Origin: an uncultured delta proteobacterium
Lineage (GTDB): Bacteria > Myxococcota_A > Polyangia > Polyangiales > Polyangiaceae
Length of the DNA stretch: 64,000 nucleotides
Assembly: GCA_963696385.1 (NCBI GenBank)
Contig: CAVOKF010000004.1
Coordinates: 1,107,705 to 1,171,704 of the forward strand
Direction of reading: 5' to 3'
The stretch's first letter is position 1, and the number at the start of each line of letters is the position of its first letter. The notes under the pieces were generated by a model. The model did no database searches, was not told the origin of the DNA, and saw only the letters and a program-made list of their open reading frames with translations. Shown here piece after piece: positions 1 through 10,391 of this stretch. The position numbers and the translations under genes were made by a program.

Positions 1-1773
1 CGCCCAGAGCGGGCCTCGATGACGAAGAAATCCCACCCGCTCTTGTGCGCGGGCGAATCGACGTGCGACCACGTCTCCCAGCCACGGCGCCTCCACGAGG
101 AGGAAAATGACAAAGAACGCGGCGCCGAAAAACCCCGTTACAAACGACCAGCTCACTGGAGTGGTAGGGCATGGGCGTCGCGGACAGCTGGCTGGGTCGA
201 CCGGTTCCCCCCCGATCCGGTCGGCGTCGATCTGCCAGAACGCGCCGTTTCCGATGAGCGAGATCCGCACGGCCGGAGGCGGCGCCGGGTCCCCAAGAAG
301 GGTTCGCGCCGCGTTGAAGACACTCCCGACCATCTCGTTCTTGAGCGACGTAGAGTGGTTATCGATGGCGGGGGGCACAGAATGGGCGACCAGCATCCCG
401 TTCAGGAATGGCGCATAATCCGGCGTCAGGTACCGGACATCGGTGCTTAGCGTGAAGAGCCGCACGTCAGGGAATTCGGAGCGAATACGCTGCGCGAGAA
501 AGACGACATCGAGCGCGTCGGTCGCGAGGATACCGATGAATCGCACATGCCTGGCGCTGAGACCACGCAGCACTTCGGCGAGGGCGAGATCGTGAGCGAC
601 GCCGGCGTTCTTCGAAAGCGCCGTGTCGGACGTGCCCTGAGCGAGCGGAGCGCCGTCGGGAGGCGCTGCACCGCTCGTGTCGCCGGTGCTGTCGACTGGG
701 TCAGAGTTCGGGGTGCGAATCGGAGCCAAGCTCGGGGGAAACTTGAGCTCGAGGAACTTCGGCTCCCTCTCCGCGCCGGCGGACCCGTAGCTCGTGAGGC
801 TTTCGGTGAGCAGCGCGATGTTGGGATCCCTGCCAGCTTCGCAGTGCCCGCCCCGCTGGCACAAAAAGAGACGCATCGCCGTCAAGAGGTCCGGGTCCTG
901 AGGCGTGACTGGCGAGTACGACACGCGGCCCTCTCCGTCGGAGGCGCCCGCCGCGATCCCTTTGACGGTGCTCGCGACGTCCGGGCTGGTCGCCGTCCCC
1001 GAAGCCACCGCAAATCGCCTGGTTCGGGGGGTCGCGTGTTTGCGGATGGCCGCAGCCAGAGACGCCGCAGTACCGGAGAACGTCGGTCCCACGATGCGGT
1101 ACTCGTCGCCTCCTTGCTTCGACGGCCACCAGGCCGCGAAATCGTCAACGAGGGTCAGCGCCCTCTCGAACTGCCTTTCTTGAAGCCCCCAGGTGGGCGT
1201 CTCACCCACGAGGAGCACGACAATGGCGTACGACGTTGCGGGATCGGTCTGCGGGCGATAGACCAAGACGCCCGGCTGCGTCCCCCAGCAACGACGCTGC
1301 CCGTGCGTCGTGGCGCGGCGTCCCGGCCACGGCAACCAGCCGCGGTCGCGAAGATACGACGAGCCACCGCTCGGGAAAGCGACGGCCTCCTGAACGCCCT
1401 CGACGACGGCATCGTAGTAGTCCGGGTATCCCGACTCGACCGGATCCGGCACGAGCGCGATCAAGTGCCTTAGCGGAGGCGCCTGCGCGTTGCCTTCGCC
1501 ACGCCCCGACACCGGGGCCACGGACGGCGTTGAGTAAAGAGCTTGGTAGCGCAAGAGGGCTCGCGTTCCCGCAGCACACGGATCCTCCGCGGCCGGCGAC
1601 TGCCCGTTCGTCTGGGTCTCGACGGCCGGTGCAGCGGCGCGCGTTTCGGCCGCTGGCGGTTGACCATCTACAGCCGCAGCCGCTGTGCGCGCCAACAGTC
1701 GAGATCCCGCTGGCGCCTGCGCCACCGCCAAGAGGGCCCCGACCCAGGAAACGAGCGAACTGAACCCCCTCAT
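1..1773 (-). CDS. Large secreted/membrane hypothetical protein; 3' end lies outside the window and it is absent from the ORF track
   Basis: Manual translation: ATG at 1773 preceded by GAGGAAG, frame open to base 1. MRGFSSLVSWVGALLAVAQ...LIALVPDPVESGYPDYYD...WLPW...PGVLVYR...LLVGETPTWG...ALDVVFLAQRIR..PDVRLF, with a TM segment near base 100-150. Confidence 0.75.
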   Translation of the reverse strand, partial: MRGFSSLVSWVGALLAVAQAPAGSRLLARTAAAAVDGQPPAAETRAAAPAVETQTNGQSPAAEDPCAAGTRALLRYQALYSTPSVAPVSGRGEGNAQAPPLRHLIALVPDPVESGYPDYYDAVVEGVQEAVAFPSGGSSYLRDRGWLPWPGRRATTHGQRRCWGTQPGVLVYRPQTDPATSYAIVVLLVGETPTWGLQERQFERALTLVDDFAAWWPSKQGGDEYRIVGPTFSGTAASLAAAIRKHATPRTRRFAVASGTATSPDVASTVKGIAAGASDGEGRVSYSPVTPQDPDLLTAMRLFLCQRGGHCEAGRDPNIALLTESLTSYGSAGAEREPKFLELKFPPSLAPIRTPNSDPVDSTGDTSGAAPPDGAPLAQGTSDTALSKNAGVAHDLALAEVLRGLSARHVRFIGILATDALDVVFLAQRIRSEFPDVRLFTLSTDVRYLTPDYAPFLNGMLVAHSVPPAIDNHSTSLKNEMVGSVFNAARTLLGDPAPPPAVRISLIGNGAFWQIDADRIGGEPVDPASCPRRPCPTTPVSWSFVTGFFGAAFFVIFLLVEAPWLGDVVARRFARAQERVGFLRHRGPLWA

Positions 1774-1882
1774 CGTCTCTTCCTCGCAATCCGGAAACGA
1801 CACTCACAAGCAGTGACTCGAATCGTGATGGAAGCTCATGCTGGGGTCGTGAGCTCGGCCGCGGACAACCGCCACGCGCGTG

Positions 1883-2968
1883 TCAGCCATTCGCCTCGGG
1901 AATCTTGAAACCGACGTAAGTGCCGCCACTGACGCCCATGAGCGCAAGCAGCGTGTCGCTGAATTGCGGCATGGAGAGGTCGCGCCATACGTCTACGATG
2001 AACAGCGTGGCGAGGATCGCCGTCCAGACCAGGATTTGCATTCGGTGAAGGGTCGGGCCATTGTCGTCGTTGAGAAGGTCCGCAAGAAAAGTGCTGTGCG
2101 AATATCGGAGCTTTTTGACTCGCTCACCGACAGGCGTAATCGCCCCGATTCCTTGCTCTTCGGGACGTGCTTGTGCGGCTGGCGGAGTCTTCGTGAGATT
2201 CTCCGCGAGAGCGGAGTCCTGCGCAGAGCCGACGAGCTTCGCCCCCATCGCGGTCGCCGCGGCTATGCCCATGAGGGCGAGGCACTGGGGCGTCACCGTG
2301 TCGGCCGACCCCGTCACCGTCCAGATAAGCAAAAAGGAGCAGACGACGAGCGCGGTCCACACAAACATCTGGAGCCGCCCGAGACTGAGGGATGTCCTCG
2401 GCCCCGCATCGAGGAGCATTCCCGCCTTGATCCCGAACCAGGAAGCAATTCCAAAAAAGAAAAGCAAAAAAATGCTGAGGACTCTCGCCAACCACGAGCT
2501 GCTGAAGTGGAGACGGATCGGATCGGGCGCACTCACGGTGGCCCCGTCGGGAGAGCCCGCGGCGATCGTGACGGCACGGTTCGACAGGACGGGGCCTAGG
2601 AGCCGACGCCAGGCGGCGTCATTCTCCGACGTCCTGTTGAGGGCAAAGAGAAACGTGTGCTCTTGGTCGAGCGCGCGACGAACGCTGATGCCTTTAATCT
2701 CGTTGTTGTCGAGGAAGATTGCGAGCGGCTGCGGGGGTGGAGATGAAAAAGTGACCGCGAGGTCGTCGCCCAGACGGACGTCGACCGTCATCGGGTTGTC
2801 GTTGACCGCGGTCTGATTGATCGCGAGAATCCTCAGCGCAGGGGGTAAAACGGCAACGGCGCCCGCCCCCTGGGACTGGGCGAACGCAGATCTTGCGATA
2901 ACGAAGGACAAGCTGCACGAGAGCACCCATACCCACCCGACTCGCGCATAGGTTTTGCCAATCCGCAT
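1883..2968 (-). CDS. Conserved hypothetical membrane protein (signal peptide, multi-TM C-terminus with an internally repeated SLxRxQ..W...LALMG motif)
   Basis: 361-aa ORF; SLGRLQMFVW...LALMGI and TLHRMQILVW...LALMGV repeats. Confidence 0.75.
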   Translation of the reverse strand: MRIGKTYARVGWVWVLSCSLSFVIARSAFAQSQGAGAVAVLPPALRILAINQTAVNDNPMTVDVRLGDDLAVTFSSPPPQPLAIFLDNNEIKGISVRRALDQEHTFLFALNRTSENDAAWRRLLGPVLSNRAVTIAAGSPDGATVSAPDPIRLHFSSSWLARVLSIFLLFFFGIASWFGIKAGMLLDAGPRTSLSLGRLQMFVWTALVVCSFLLIWTVTGSADTVTPQCLALMGIAAATAMGAKLVGSAQDSALAENLTKTPPAAQARPEEQGIGAITPVGERVKKLRYSHSTFLADLLNDDNGPTLHRMQILVWTAILATLFIVDVWRDLSMPQFSDTLLALMGVSGGTYVGFKIPEANG

Positions 2969-3243
2969 TCGTCGCCCCTTCTACCGGCCTCTCAAGGTCG
3001 TCTTGCGACTACCAACGCCACTGGCCGCATAGCCGGTGTTCCCTCGGTAGGTCCATTTCACGCGATTGCATGCCCGTACGACGCGATTCAATGCGCAGCC
3101 CTCTTGTTGCGGCTGCCCGATGTCATCGGTGCGCCGAATACGCAGGGAGCCGATCGAAGACGAGCTTTTCGACGAAGTGGGAGAGGCCGTACAATGGCTC
3201 ATTCGGAAAGAGAAGCCGCGGCAACCAACCGCATATGTTTCCG

Positions 3244-3984
3244 TCACGCGTTGGGCTGAGCGACCGGCGGAGGAATCAGAAATGCCAGCAGGTCGTTCTG
3301 CGCGTTGATTGCGGGGTTGACCAGGCTGCGATCAATACTCGCGCCATCTCGCGGAAACATGTATTGCCATAGAAGAACGGGTGCGCCCAGATCCGGTTTT
3401 GGAGCGACGAGCGCGTTATTCCAAGCCACAGGCTCTGCCTCGGTCAGGAGAGGGTGCGACATCCAAAGCCCGCTGCAAGGCACTCCGTGGGCCAGAGCCC
3501 GCGCCAATGCCGTCCAGGTCGCCGCGTCGCCCGGAAGACCGTAGACACATGGCAATAAGTCAACGTTCTTGCTTGCTTGGGCCAGACCGTCGACCCAACC
3601 GGTATAGTAATCTGTCGAAAGGCGTGACTGGCCGCTCCCCTCGACGTCGAGAAAGATGAAAAATTTGCCGCCTTGGTCCACAAGGTAACTCTCGCCAAAC
3701 GTGTCGATCACGTCAGACGCATTGGCTAGTCCGTCGCGTTGACCGGCCGCAACTCCGCCGCCCACGTTGTTCGTCTGGCGTGCAATGGGCAAGACCCGTA
3801 TGTTGTGAGCCGCCAAAACTGCGTCTTCGACGCGATGGCGGTACTCGACATCCCCGACGGTCTGGGGCGTCGAGAAGTACCTACCCCAAAATGCTGGGGC
3901 CACCCCGAGGACAGCCGTAGCGGATGTGATGAGGGCCTCGGTAACCGGGTATGCCGTGTCGGCACCCACCGTTCGATCGGGCAT
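3244..3984 (-). CDS. DUF1906 / Rv2525c-like glycoside hydrolase (putative peptidoglycan hydrolase)
   Basis: GADTA..., FWGRYF, IFLDVE, CVYG and LLWQY motifs typical of GH25-like DUF1906. Confidence 0.7.
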   Translation of the reverse strand: MPDRTVGADTAYPVTEALITSATAVLGVAPAFWGRYFSTPQTVGDVEYRHRVEDAVLAAHNIRVLPIARQTNNVGGGVAAGQRDGLANASDVIDTFGESYLVDQGGKFFIFLDVEGSGQSRLSTDYYTGWVDGLAQASKNVDLLPCVYGLPGDAATWTALARALAHGVPCSGLWMSHPLLTEAEPVAWNNALVAPKPDLGAPVLLWQYMFPRDGASIDRSLVNPAINAQNDLLAFLIPPPVAQPNA

Positions 3985-4265
3985 AGCGTTTTGCCTCCCC
4001 GCTCATTGCAAAGCATTCGGTCGCGCCGTTGTCAACGCCTGCTGCGACGCGTGGTCGCGGCATCCGGCAGTGGCTCGGCCTCTGGCCGGGGGGGCAGCCC
4101 ACTTTTCTGCTTCCCGGATGGCCTAGTTTCGGACCGCCGCGGTTTGTTTGTGCGGGCTTCTGGTGGCTGCGCCTGTCGACTGAACGACTGTCGGCGGTGG
4201 AATACGGCCTCCGGCACTGCAACGCGCGTGCAATTGCCTGCAATCGACCTGAGTGACGAGTATCA

Positions 4266-4365
4266 CTAGTACCCCGATTCCATGAAACGGAGGGGTGAGA
4301 CCACCCGATCCCGTCGGGAATATCGCGGAAAACGACCCTTCCATTCCGCGGAATCGAGGTACTAG
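4266..4365. mobile_element. 100-bp IS630-related MITE, copy 1
   Basis: TIRs CTAGTACCCCGATTCC...GGAATCGAGGTACTAG; identical sequence at 10162 and 17921. Confidence 0.85.
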
Positions 4366-4400
4366 ATTCCGCAGAGAAGCGGGAGTGAAACCAAGCCAAG

Positions 4401-4583
4401 GGCCAACCCGTCATCTCGCTGGATACGAAGAAAAAGGACCTGATCGGCGACTTTCACAACGAGGGCCAGGAGTGGCAGCGTGCGGGGTCGCCCGAGCCGG
4501 TGCGCGTTCACGACTTCATCGATCCCGAGCTCGGCAAGGCGATTCCCTATGGGGTGTACGACGTGGCCCGCAACGAAGGCTGG
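4401..4583 (+). pseudogene. ISAzo13-family transposase fragment
   Basis: GQPVISLDTKKKDLIGDFHNEGQEW...VHDFIDPELGKAIPYGVYD. Confidence 0.8.
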
Positions 4584-4909
4584 GCGCCCTACCGGGTTCT
4601 CCGGGGCGGCTACTTCTACTACACCGCGGCGTCCTTGCTTCCCCCGTACCGCAGCTACAGCTTCCCCTCGTACCGCTACTTGCTACTAGCCCATCGGCTT
4701 TCGTTGCGCCAGGACGCCGTGATGACACGTTGTGCCGCGTTCTTCGACTGACGGTTAGCGGTGTCTCTGGCGCCTACGGCCGCTTCACGAAGCGTCATGG
4801 CGGACCCCCTGGAGTAGGTCACGCAGTCGCCTGGCCCGTAGACCCAAGCCGTGATCCACAGCGCCATCTCCATCAGCGAGCCTGACGGGGACCCGCTTGT
4901 TGGCTCGGA

Positions 4910-5239
4910 TCAGACAACCGCGTCTTTGATGGCCTTCACCGGCCTGGCGCGAACGCCCTTGCTGGCGGGCTTCGCGGCGAACTTCTGCTTCTCTTTCGTG
5001 AACGGGTTGATGCCTTCCCGTGCGGGTCGGGCGGGCTTCTTGACCACCACGAACTTGGCGAATCCGGGCAGCACGAAGATGCCGGTTTTCTTGAGTTCCC
5101 GGTGACCCACTTCGACGAGCGTTTCGATCACCTGCTTGACCTGCTTGCGCGAGATTTCCTCGCCGCCCGCCTCTGTCACGGCTTGCAGGATTGCGCTTTT
5201 CGAAAGGGGTTTCTTCGCCGCGGTCGTCGCTTTGGCCAT
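4910..5239 (-). CDS. HU family DNA-binding protein
   Basis: LPGFAKFVVVKKPARPAREGINPFTKE HU/IHF arm signature; RBS AGGAG. Confidence 0.92.
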   Translation of the reverse strand: MAKATTAAKKPLSKSAILQAVTEAGGEEISRKQVKQVIETLVEVGHRELKKTGIFVLPGFAKFVVVKKPARPAREGINPFTKEKQKFAAKPASKGVRARPVKAIKDAVV

Positions 5240-5511
5240 GGTTCGGGTCTCCTGAGCTGCGTAGAAAGCGCCTTCGCGGTTTTCTCGTCAACACAAACAC
5301 CGAAAAAAAGCGCCGTTTTCCCCTTCGGCGGTCATTTCGCACGCCACAAGATCGGGCCCATTCGCGACGGGTGCTCGCGCCGCGTCAACCGGCGCCGCTC
5401 GAACGGAGCGGCCTTTGACACCTCTCGGACGAGCCTTACAGTGTGGGACGAGGCTGGCGGGGACGATGCGCGTCCCCCCCTGCGCCGGTCCTGCCGGCCT
5501 CGCCTTTTTTG

Positions 5512-5865
5512 TTACGGCATCGGTGACGAGGCGCTTTTCGAAGGGGCCGACGCGGACCGGACGAGATACTCGAGCCACGGGGCGAGGGTCAAAGCCGAGC
5601 GCCCCTTGGCGAGAATCTCGACGCCTCCGTCTTTGACCCGATGGTGCTGGTAGTGCGCGCGGGCGTTGCCCATGAAGCGCATCAGATCATCGGCGTCGGG
5701 GCGGGATACGGGGAAAATCTCGCGGTACTCATCCATCCGCGGTCGAAGACTGGGCGGGCACCACGATGCGGGGCCGAAATACATCCGCCAGGTATCGCCG
5801 TGCTCGCGGGCAATGAGCACGTCGAGAAAGGGCAATCGCTCGACCATGGGGCCGAAGGATACCAT
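5512..5865 (-). CDS. Hypothetical protein
   Basis: C-terminal part of ORF 5512..6006 has protein-like composition; no recognised motif. Confidence 0.4.
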   Translation of the reverse strand: MVSFGPMVERLPFLDVLIAREHGDTWRMYFGPASWCPPSLRPRMDEYREIFPVSRPDADDLMRFMGNARAHYQHHRVKDGGVEILAKGRSALTLAPWLEYLVRSASAPSKSASSPMP

Positions 5866-6049
5866 CGGCGCCAGGTGGCCAAAAGGCTCGGCCGGGGTCC
5901 ATTCGTTCGACGGCGACGTGCGGCGGGGTCGAGCGGTGCGCGCGTCCCGACGGCTCGGGCGCCGCGTTCGCCGGTCCCCCGCGCCGCGGTGCGATCCCGG
6001 GTTCATTCGCGCCGACGACCTCGGTCCCAGGGACCGAGTCGCTTGTCCA

Positions 6050-6439
6050 TCAGAACCAGTCCCGTCCGAAGCGGTCCTCCGTCAACGTTGCGGCCAGCAT
6101 GAAGCCATGCCGCTCGTAGAACGGCCGCGCTTGGTAATCGGCCGTTTCGAGTCGCAGCTTGTGACATCCGAGAGCCGCGCACCGCCGCTCGAACTCCTCG
6201 AGCAACTGCGAGCCGACTCGCGTGCGTGCGTGGTCGATCTTCACGAGCAGTTGGTTGAGCTCTCCCACTCCGCCGATCGCGACGCCGCACGCAACCCCCA
6301 CGGGGATTCCACGCGTGGCGACGAGCACAATCTCTCGCCGCGACCACGCGATGCCGATCGGCGCATCGTGAGGCGGCCATTCCACGTTCATGAACTCGGC
6401 AGCGGCGGTCGCCGTCCAATCGGAGATCTGAAGATCCAA
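6050..6439 (-). CDS. GNAT family N-acetyltransferase
   Basis: LLVKIDHARTRVGSQLL...LETADYQARPFYERHGF. Confidence 0.8.
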   Translation of the reverse strand: MDLQISDWTATAAAEFMNVEWPPHDAPIGIAWSRREIVLVATRGIPVGVACGVAIGGVGELNQLLVKIDHARTRVGSQLLEEFERRCAALGCHKLRLETADYQARPFYERHGFMLAATLTEDRFGRDWF

Positions 6440-6531
6440 GCGAGAGCCACGCTAGCGCCGCCCCGCGGCCGCGTCCGCCTCGCCGTACCATTGGATCTTG
6501 ACCGCGCGCGGCGCGGGCGACAGGATGGCCC

Positions 6532-6819
6532 GTGTCCACTTTGCCGCCGCGCGCGATCGACCCAGGCGCGCAACTTTCGTTGCATCGGGCCGACGAGGCG
6601 GTCATGCCCATCCACGACTCCGCATTCCGCTTGGCGGTCGACCTGCTTCGCGGCACCGTCCTCGAGTTTACGGACGGACTTCGGCGTCACTGGAAGGCCG
6701 ATCGCAACGGCCTCTACTGGCGCACGGACGGGAAAGCTGCACCCATCCTGGAAGGATGTGCCGCCGACGTTGCCATCGAGGTGCTCAAGCGGTGGCCCGA
6801 GCGGATAGAGGGCAAGTAG
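6532..6819 (+). CDS. Hypothetical protein
   Basis: 95-aa ORF with plausible composition; no motif. Confidence 0.35.
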   Translation: MSTLPPRAIDPGAQLSLHRADEAVMPIHDSAFRLAVDLLRGTVLEFTDGLRRHWKADRNGLYWRTDGKAAPILEGCAADVAIEVLKRWPERIEGK

Positions 6820-6992
6820 CCCGATCCCGTTGTTATTCCGCGTTCAGAACCGTCAGAGCCGATACACCTCGTCGGCCGCACCGTACGCTGCGTGGTCTTT
6901 GACGGGTACGCGTGCGAAGGGGGCGAAGCCGAGACCCGTGAGCACCTGTCGGCGGGCCTTTGACGTTAGTTAGCGTAGGTGCGTCAGTTCTC

Positions 6993-7586
6993 CTACCTCC
7001 AGCGGGTCAGCGGCGTATCGCCGCGAACGTAAAGGGGATGCCGTGGTTTCTTACCCTTGGTTGTGCCAAGGCACCAGATCGCTCGGTCTGCAAAAACGGC
7101 GTCGACTGCCCCGGCGCGGTGCCTATAGAGTCCGCGTGCGCCCCACGCCGCGACCACCGTAGTTGCGCGCTGGACCGCGCTCGCCAAGTGCTGGTCGTTC
7201 AAGGGCCCGATCGGGTCCCGAGCGATCTCGAGGCGACGAGGATCGTGCGTTCGGAGTGCGAACAGGTTGCACACCTCGAGCCGACCGAAACCCCAGCTTC
7301 GCCCGAAGGCCATACAGCGTCTCAAGGTCGGGTCGTCGATCGCGGCGTCCGCCCTGCTCGGATTGAGCATAACAAATAGGATCGTTCCGCTCGCCGAGGC
7401 GCTCAGGGTTCGCCAGAGGAGATATCGATAGGCCCCTTTGATGACGGCGCCGTGCCCGGCTGGTCCCGCGGGGACCGAATGTGTATCGGTGCGTCGCTGT
7501 GTCGTAAAGACGGGGTCGAGACCTGAAACCGTAAGCGGGGCGCGAGGAGAGACGGCGGACTTGGCAACTGGGGTCGGCCTCCTCAC
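6993..7586 (-). CDS. DUF1643 domain protein (true start probably nearer 7450)
   Basis: YRYLLWR, FVMLNPSRADA..DDPTLRRC, NLFALR, AAWG, PRHPLY. Confidence 0.85.
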   Translation of the reverse strand: MRRPTPVAKSAVSPRAPLTVSGLDPVFTTQRRTDTHSVPAGPAGHGAVIKGAYRYLLWRTLSASASGTILFVMLNPSRADAAIDDPTLRRCMAFGRSWGFGRLEVCNLFALRTHDPRRLEIARDPIGPLNDQHLASAVQRATTVVAAWGARGLYRHRAGAVDAVFADRAIWCLGTTKGKKPRHPLYVRGDTPLTRWR

Positions 7587-8185
7587 GATCGGGGCAGCCT
7601 AGCGCCACGGCGAAAGCGCGAGAGGGCGTTGACCCCGCACCCGCCGCCGACGTCCTCGGCACAAACTCCGAGGCGAAGCTGCCGCGCATTTGGACGCACA
7701 CCTCGCTCGGCTTGCGACGCGGCACGGCGTCAGGCGGCTGGGCGTTGGTGAGAAGTACCGTACCGGCGGGGTACTCGAGGAGATTCGCCGAAGACGGTGT
7801 CCGTATCGGTGCGCCCCTTGGCCCGAACGAGGGCACACGTCGCCCCAAGGCTCGAAGTCAGCCACGTCGGTCTTTTTGAGGAGGTTCCCGTCCATCCGCT
7901 TCTTGTCGAAGTGGATGGTGATGACCGTGCGCCGCCCGGCGGTCTCCGCCACGGACGCAGTTTCATCGCTCTTGATCCCCTAACGCGCCGCGTCTGACGC
8001 AGGGGGGGCAGGAATTGCTGACCACCTGGTGAATCATCACCAGGGTAATCTCTGACCCGATCGGGGCATAATAGTTAGTTATTTCCATTACTTCATTAGT
8101 GCTCGAGGATCCGGCACACGGCTGGCGCGCGGGTTGCCATAGAGGGTTTCCATGATCCAACGCCTCCGGTCCTTAACCCCGCAGG

Positions 8186-8443
8186 TCACGGAGATCGTCC
8201 TGCGGCTATCCGTGCAGGATGCATGAACGGCCCCACGCAACTACGTGCGTGGAAGACTGGAAGTGGCGGGATCGACGGCCGACCACCTTCGGCGTACATC
8301 GCGTCGAACACCGGCGACAGCTTCGCCAAGGCCTCGTCGGCAAGCTTCTTGATCGCCCCCAACGGGTGCGCCTGCGGCACCTGCGTCTCGGCGGGCGACA
8401 TCAGCATCAACATCGACGACTGCTTCTTGTCCTCGCCTCGCAT
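8186..8443 (-). pseudogene. IS5/IS1182-type transposase N-terminal remnant
   Basis: MRGEDKKQSSM...VPQAHPLGAIK...MYAEGGRPSIPP, after which similarity is lost. Confidence 0.8.
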
Positions 8444-8585
8444 CGTGAGCCGCAACGTAAGTTCCCTGCGGCAGATCTCGATCCCCTGCTCGTTTCTTTT
8501 CTTTCTCTCGCCACCATGGCGGGCGAGTGCCTCCAGTGCCGAGGGCGGTGACGGCCATCGACGGGGTATGGTCTTTCACAAGATC

Positions 8586-9296
8586 ATGTCATCCCCCAAG
8601 CGTCTCGCGAGGATCGCCGGTGTCCTCTACCTGTTCGTCGGCATCTTCGGCGGCTTCGCAGAGGGGTTCGTGGACCCCAAGATGTACGTCGCGGGCAACG
8701 CGACGGCCACGGCGGGGAACGTCGTTGCGAGCCCGGGACTCGTCCGCATGAGCGTCGTCGCTCATCTGCTCGACGGGACGTTCTTCGTGTTCCTGGCGAT
8801 GGCGCTCTACGTCCTGCTTGAGCACGTCAACAAGAACGTGGCGAGGGCGATGCTGGTCCTGGTCGCGCTCGCCACCGGCATCATCTGCCTCAATGCGGTC
8901 TTCCAGTTCGAGGGCTTGCGGGTCGCAACCGACAGCTCCTACGCGACCGCCTTTGGCACGGCGGGATCGAACGCCCTGGTGCTGCTCTTGCTCGACACCC
9001 AGCACTACGGCACGCTCAGCGCGCAGGTCTTCTTTGGCCTATGGCTCGTTCCGATAGGGTATCTCGCCTATAGATCGGCGCTGTTCCCAAGGTGGCTTGG
9101 CGCTCTGCTCATCGTGGGGGGCGTCTGCTACCTCGTGGACCTGCTCGCGGCGTTCCTGGTCCCCGCCTTCGGCCAGCAGATTCACGCCTTCGTGGTCATC
9201 CCGTGCGCAGTCGCCGAGATCTCGATGGTCGTGTACCTGCTCGTGGTTGGCGTGAAGACCGTGAAGCCAGACAAGCAAATCCCTGCCGCGACGTGA
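8586..9296 (+). CDS. DUF4386 family membrane protein
   Basis: ARIAGVLYL...FFGLWLVPIGYL..RSALFPRWLG; multi-TM. Confidence 0.85.
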   Translation: MSSPKRLARIAGVLYLFVGIFGGFAEGFVDPKMYVAGNATATAGNVVASPGLVRMSVVAHLLDGTFFVFLAMALYVLLEHVNKNVARAMLVLVALATGIICLNAVFQFEGLRVATDSSYATAFGTAGSNALVLLLLDTQHYGTLSAQVFFGLWLVPIGYLAYRSALFPRWLGALLIVGGVCYLVDLLAAFLVPAFGQQIHAFVVIPCAVAEISMVVYLLVVGVKTVKPDKQIPAAT

Positions 9297-9302
9297 ACGC
9301 AG

Positions 9303-9326
9303 GAGGCTTTTTCAGCAGCCTGCTAG
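9303..9326. repeat. Orphan IS5/IS1182-type terminal inverted repeat
   Basis: GAGGCTTTTTCAGCAGCCTGCTAG resembles typical ends of these families. Confidence 0.5.
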
Positions 9327-9336
9327 AAGCTAGAAG

Positions 9337-9552
9337 CTACAGGTCCTGCTGCTGGAGTCCGGTTTGCTTCGCAATCTTCGCCAGCATCACCGCCCCGATC
9401 TCATCGCCGCCGTGAAAGGCAAACGTAACCGGCGGCCAACCCGGACGCGCCAGTCGCCGATATGATCCCCGCTGCCGCGCCACCGTCCACCCAATCGGGA
9501 GCAACGCGGCGAGAACCCGGTCCGCACGCGTTGCCGGCCACTCGGCGCCCAA
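9337..9552 (-). CDS. hicA: HicA family toxin (catalytic His replaced by Tyr)
   Basis: GWTVARQRGSYRRL..VTFAFHGGDEIG..LAKIAKQTGL; TTG start directly after hicB. Confidence 0.8.
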   Translation of the reverse strand: MGAEWPATRADRVLAALLPIGWTVARQRGSYRRLARPGWPPVTFAFHGGDEIGAVMLAKIAKQTGLQQQDL

Positions 9553-9553
9553 G

Positions 9554-9772
9554 TCAGGCGGCCTCGCGCGTGTCGACTGTCATGCTCAAGAGCGTCTTGG
9601 CGTCGCGCTCTCCGTGTTCGACTTCATCAGCGAGCACGTTGTATGCGAGCGAGAGAGCCTTCGCCAGGGCTTGGTCGCGGCTCTCCCCGTAGACATGCAC
9701 GCCAGCCAGCTCCGGGACGCTGGCGATCCAGCGGCCATCGGTCTCGCGGTCGAATTCGACGGTCAACTTCAC
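9554..9772 (-). CDS. hicB: HicB family antitoxin (short, no DNA-binding domain)
   Basis: EFDRETDGRWIASVPELAGVHVYGESRDQA. Confidence 0.85.
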   Translation of the reverse strand: MKLTVEFDRETDGRWIASVPELAGVHVYGESRDQALAKALSLAYNVLADEVEHGERDAKTLLSMTVDTREAA

Positions 9773-10161
9773 GACCCAATCCTAGCGCGATCGCTGTGGA
9801 AGCGCGACAGCGCGAAGCACGAGTCGACTCGGGTGCACCAACTCGATCCGGTCGTTTCAACGACGGTCCTCGCTATCGAGTGCGTCGGCCCACGCGTCGA
9901 GGCCGTCGCTGGCAAGCGTGTCATCCTCGGCGCCGCCGACCGCAAGGCGCTTCAGGTCCCAGCGTGCGGGGTCGGGGCTCCAAGCTCGGGATCCCCCGCT
10001 CACGAAGAAAAGGAAGAGAGCCCTGGCTCAAGGACTTGACGGTCGTTCCATATCAGGGGCGTTCGCTGTCGCTGAAATGGCAAATCGAATTGAGCGCGCC
10101 CGTCAGCAGTGATGGTCGGGAAGAGGTGAGCGCCGACACGCGCGAAGTCGACGTGATGGCA

Positions 10162-10261
10162 CTAGTACCCCGATTCCATGAAACGGAGGGGTGAGACCAC
10201 CCGATCCCGTCGGGAATATCGCGGAAAACGACCCTTCCATTCCGCGGAATCGAGGTACTAG
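10162..10261. mobile_element. 100-bp IS630-related MITE, copy 2
   Basis: Identical to 4266..4365, CTAG at both ends. Confidence 0.85.
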
Positions 10262-10391
10262 TTGATGTCGCCGGCACCGTTTTGGCCGCCGGGCGCGGTC
10301 GACGGACCAAGTCGATTCGCCGCTGCAGTAACAACAGATGCCCCAAAGGGATCTTACTTTAGGCTGGGCCAGTGGTTGTAGATGCTGGAGG

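Noticed and set aside
547..1473. 308-aa plus-strand ORF
   Set aside because: It is the antisense shadow of the real minus-strand gene 1..1773.
8123..8137. Possible sigma54 promoter TGGCGCGCGGGTTGC
   Set aside because: GG-N10-GC spacing fits, but no intact gene follows and such matches arise easily in GC-rich DNA.
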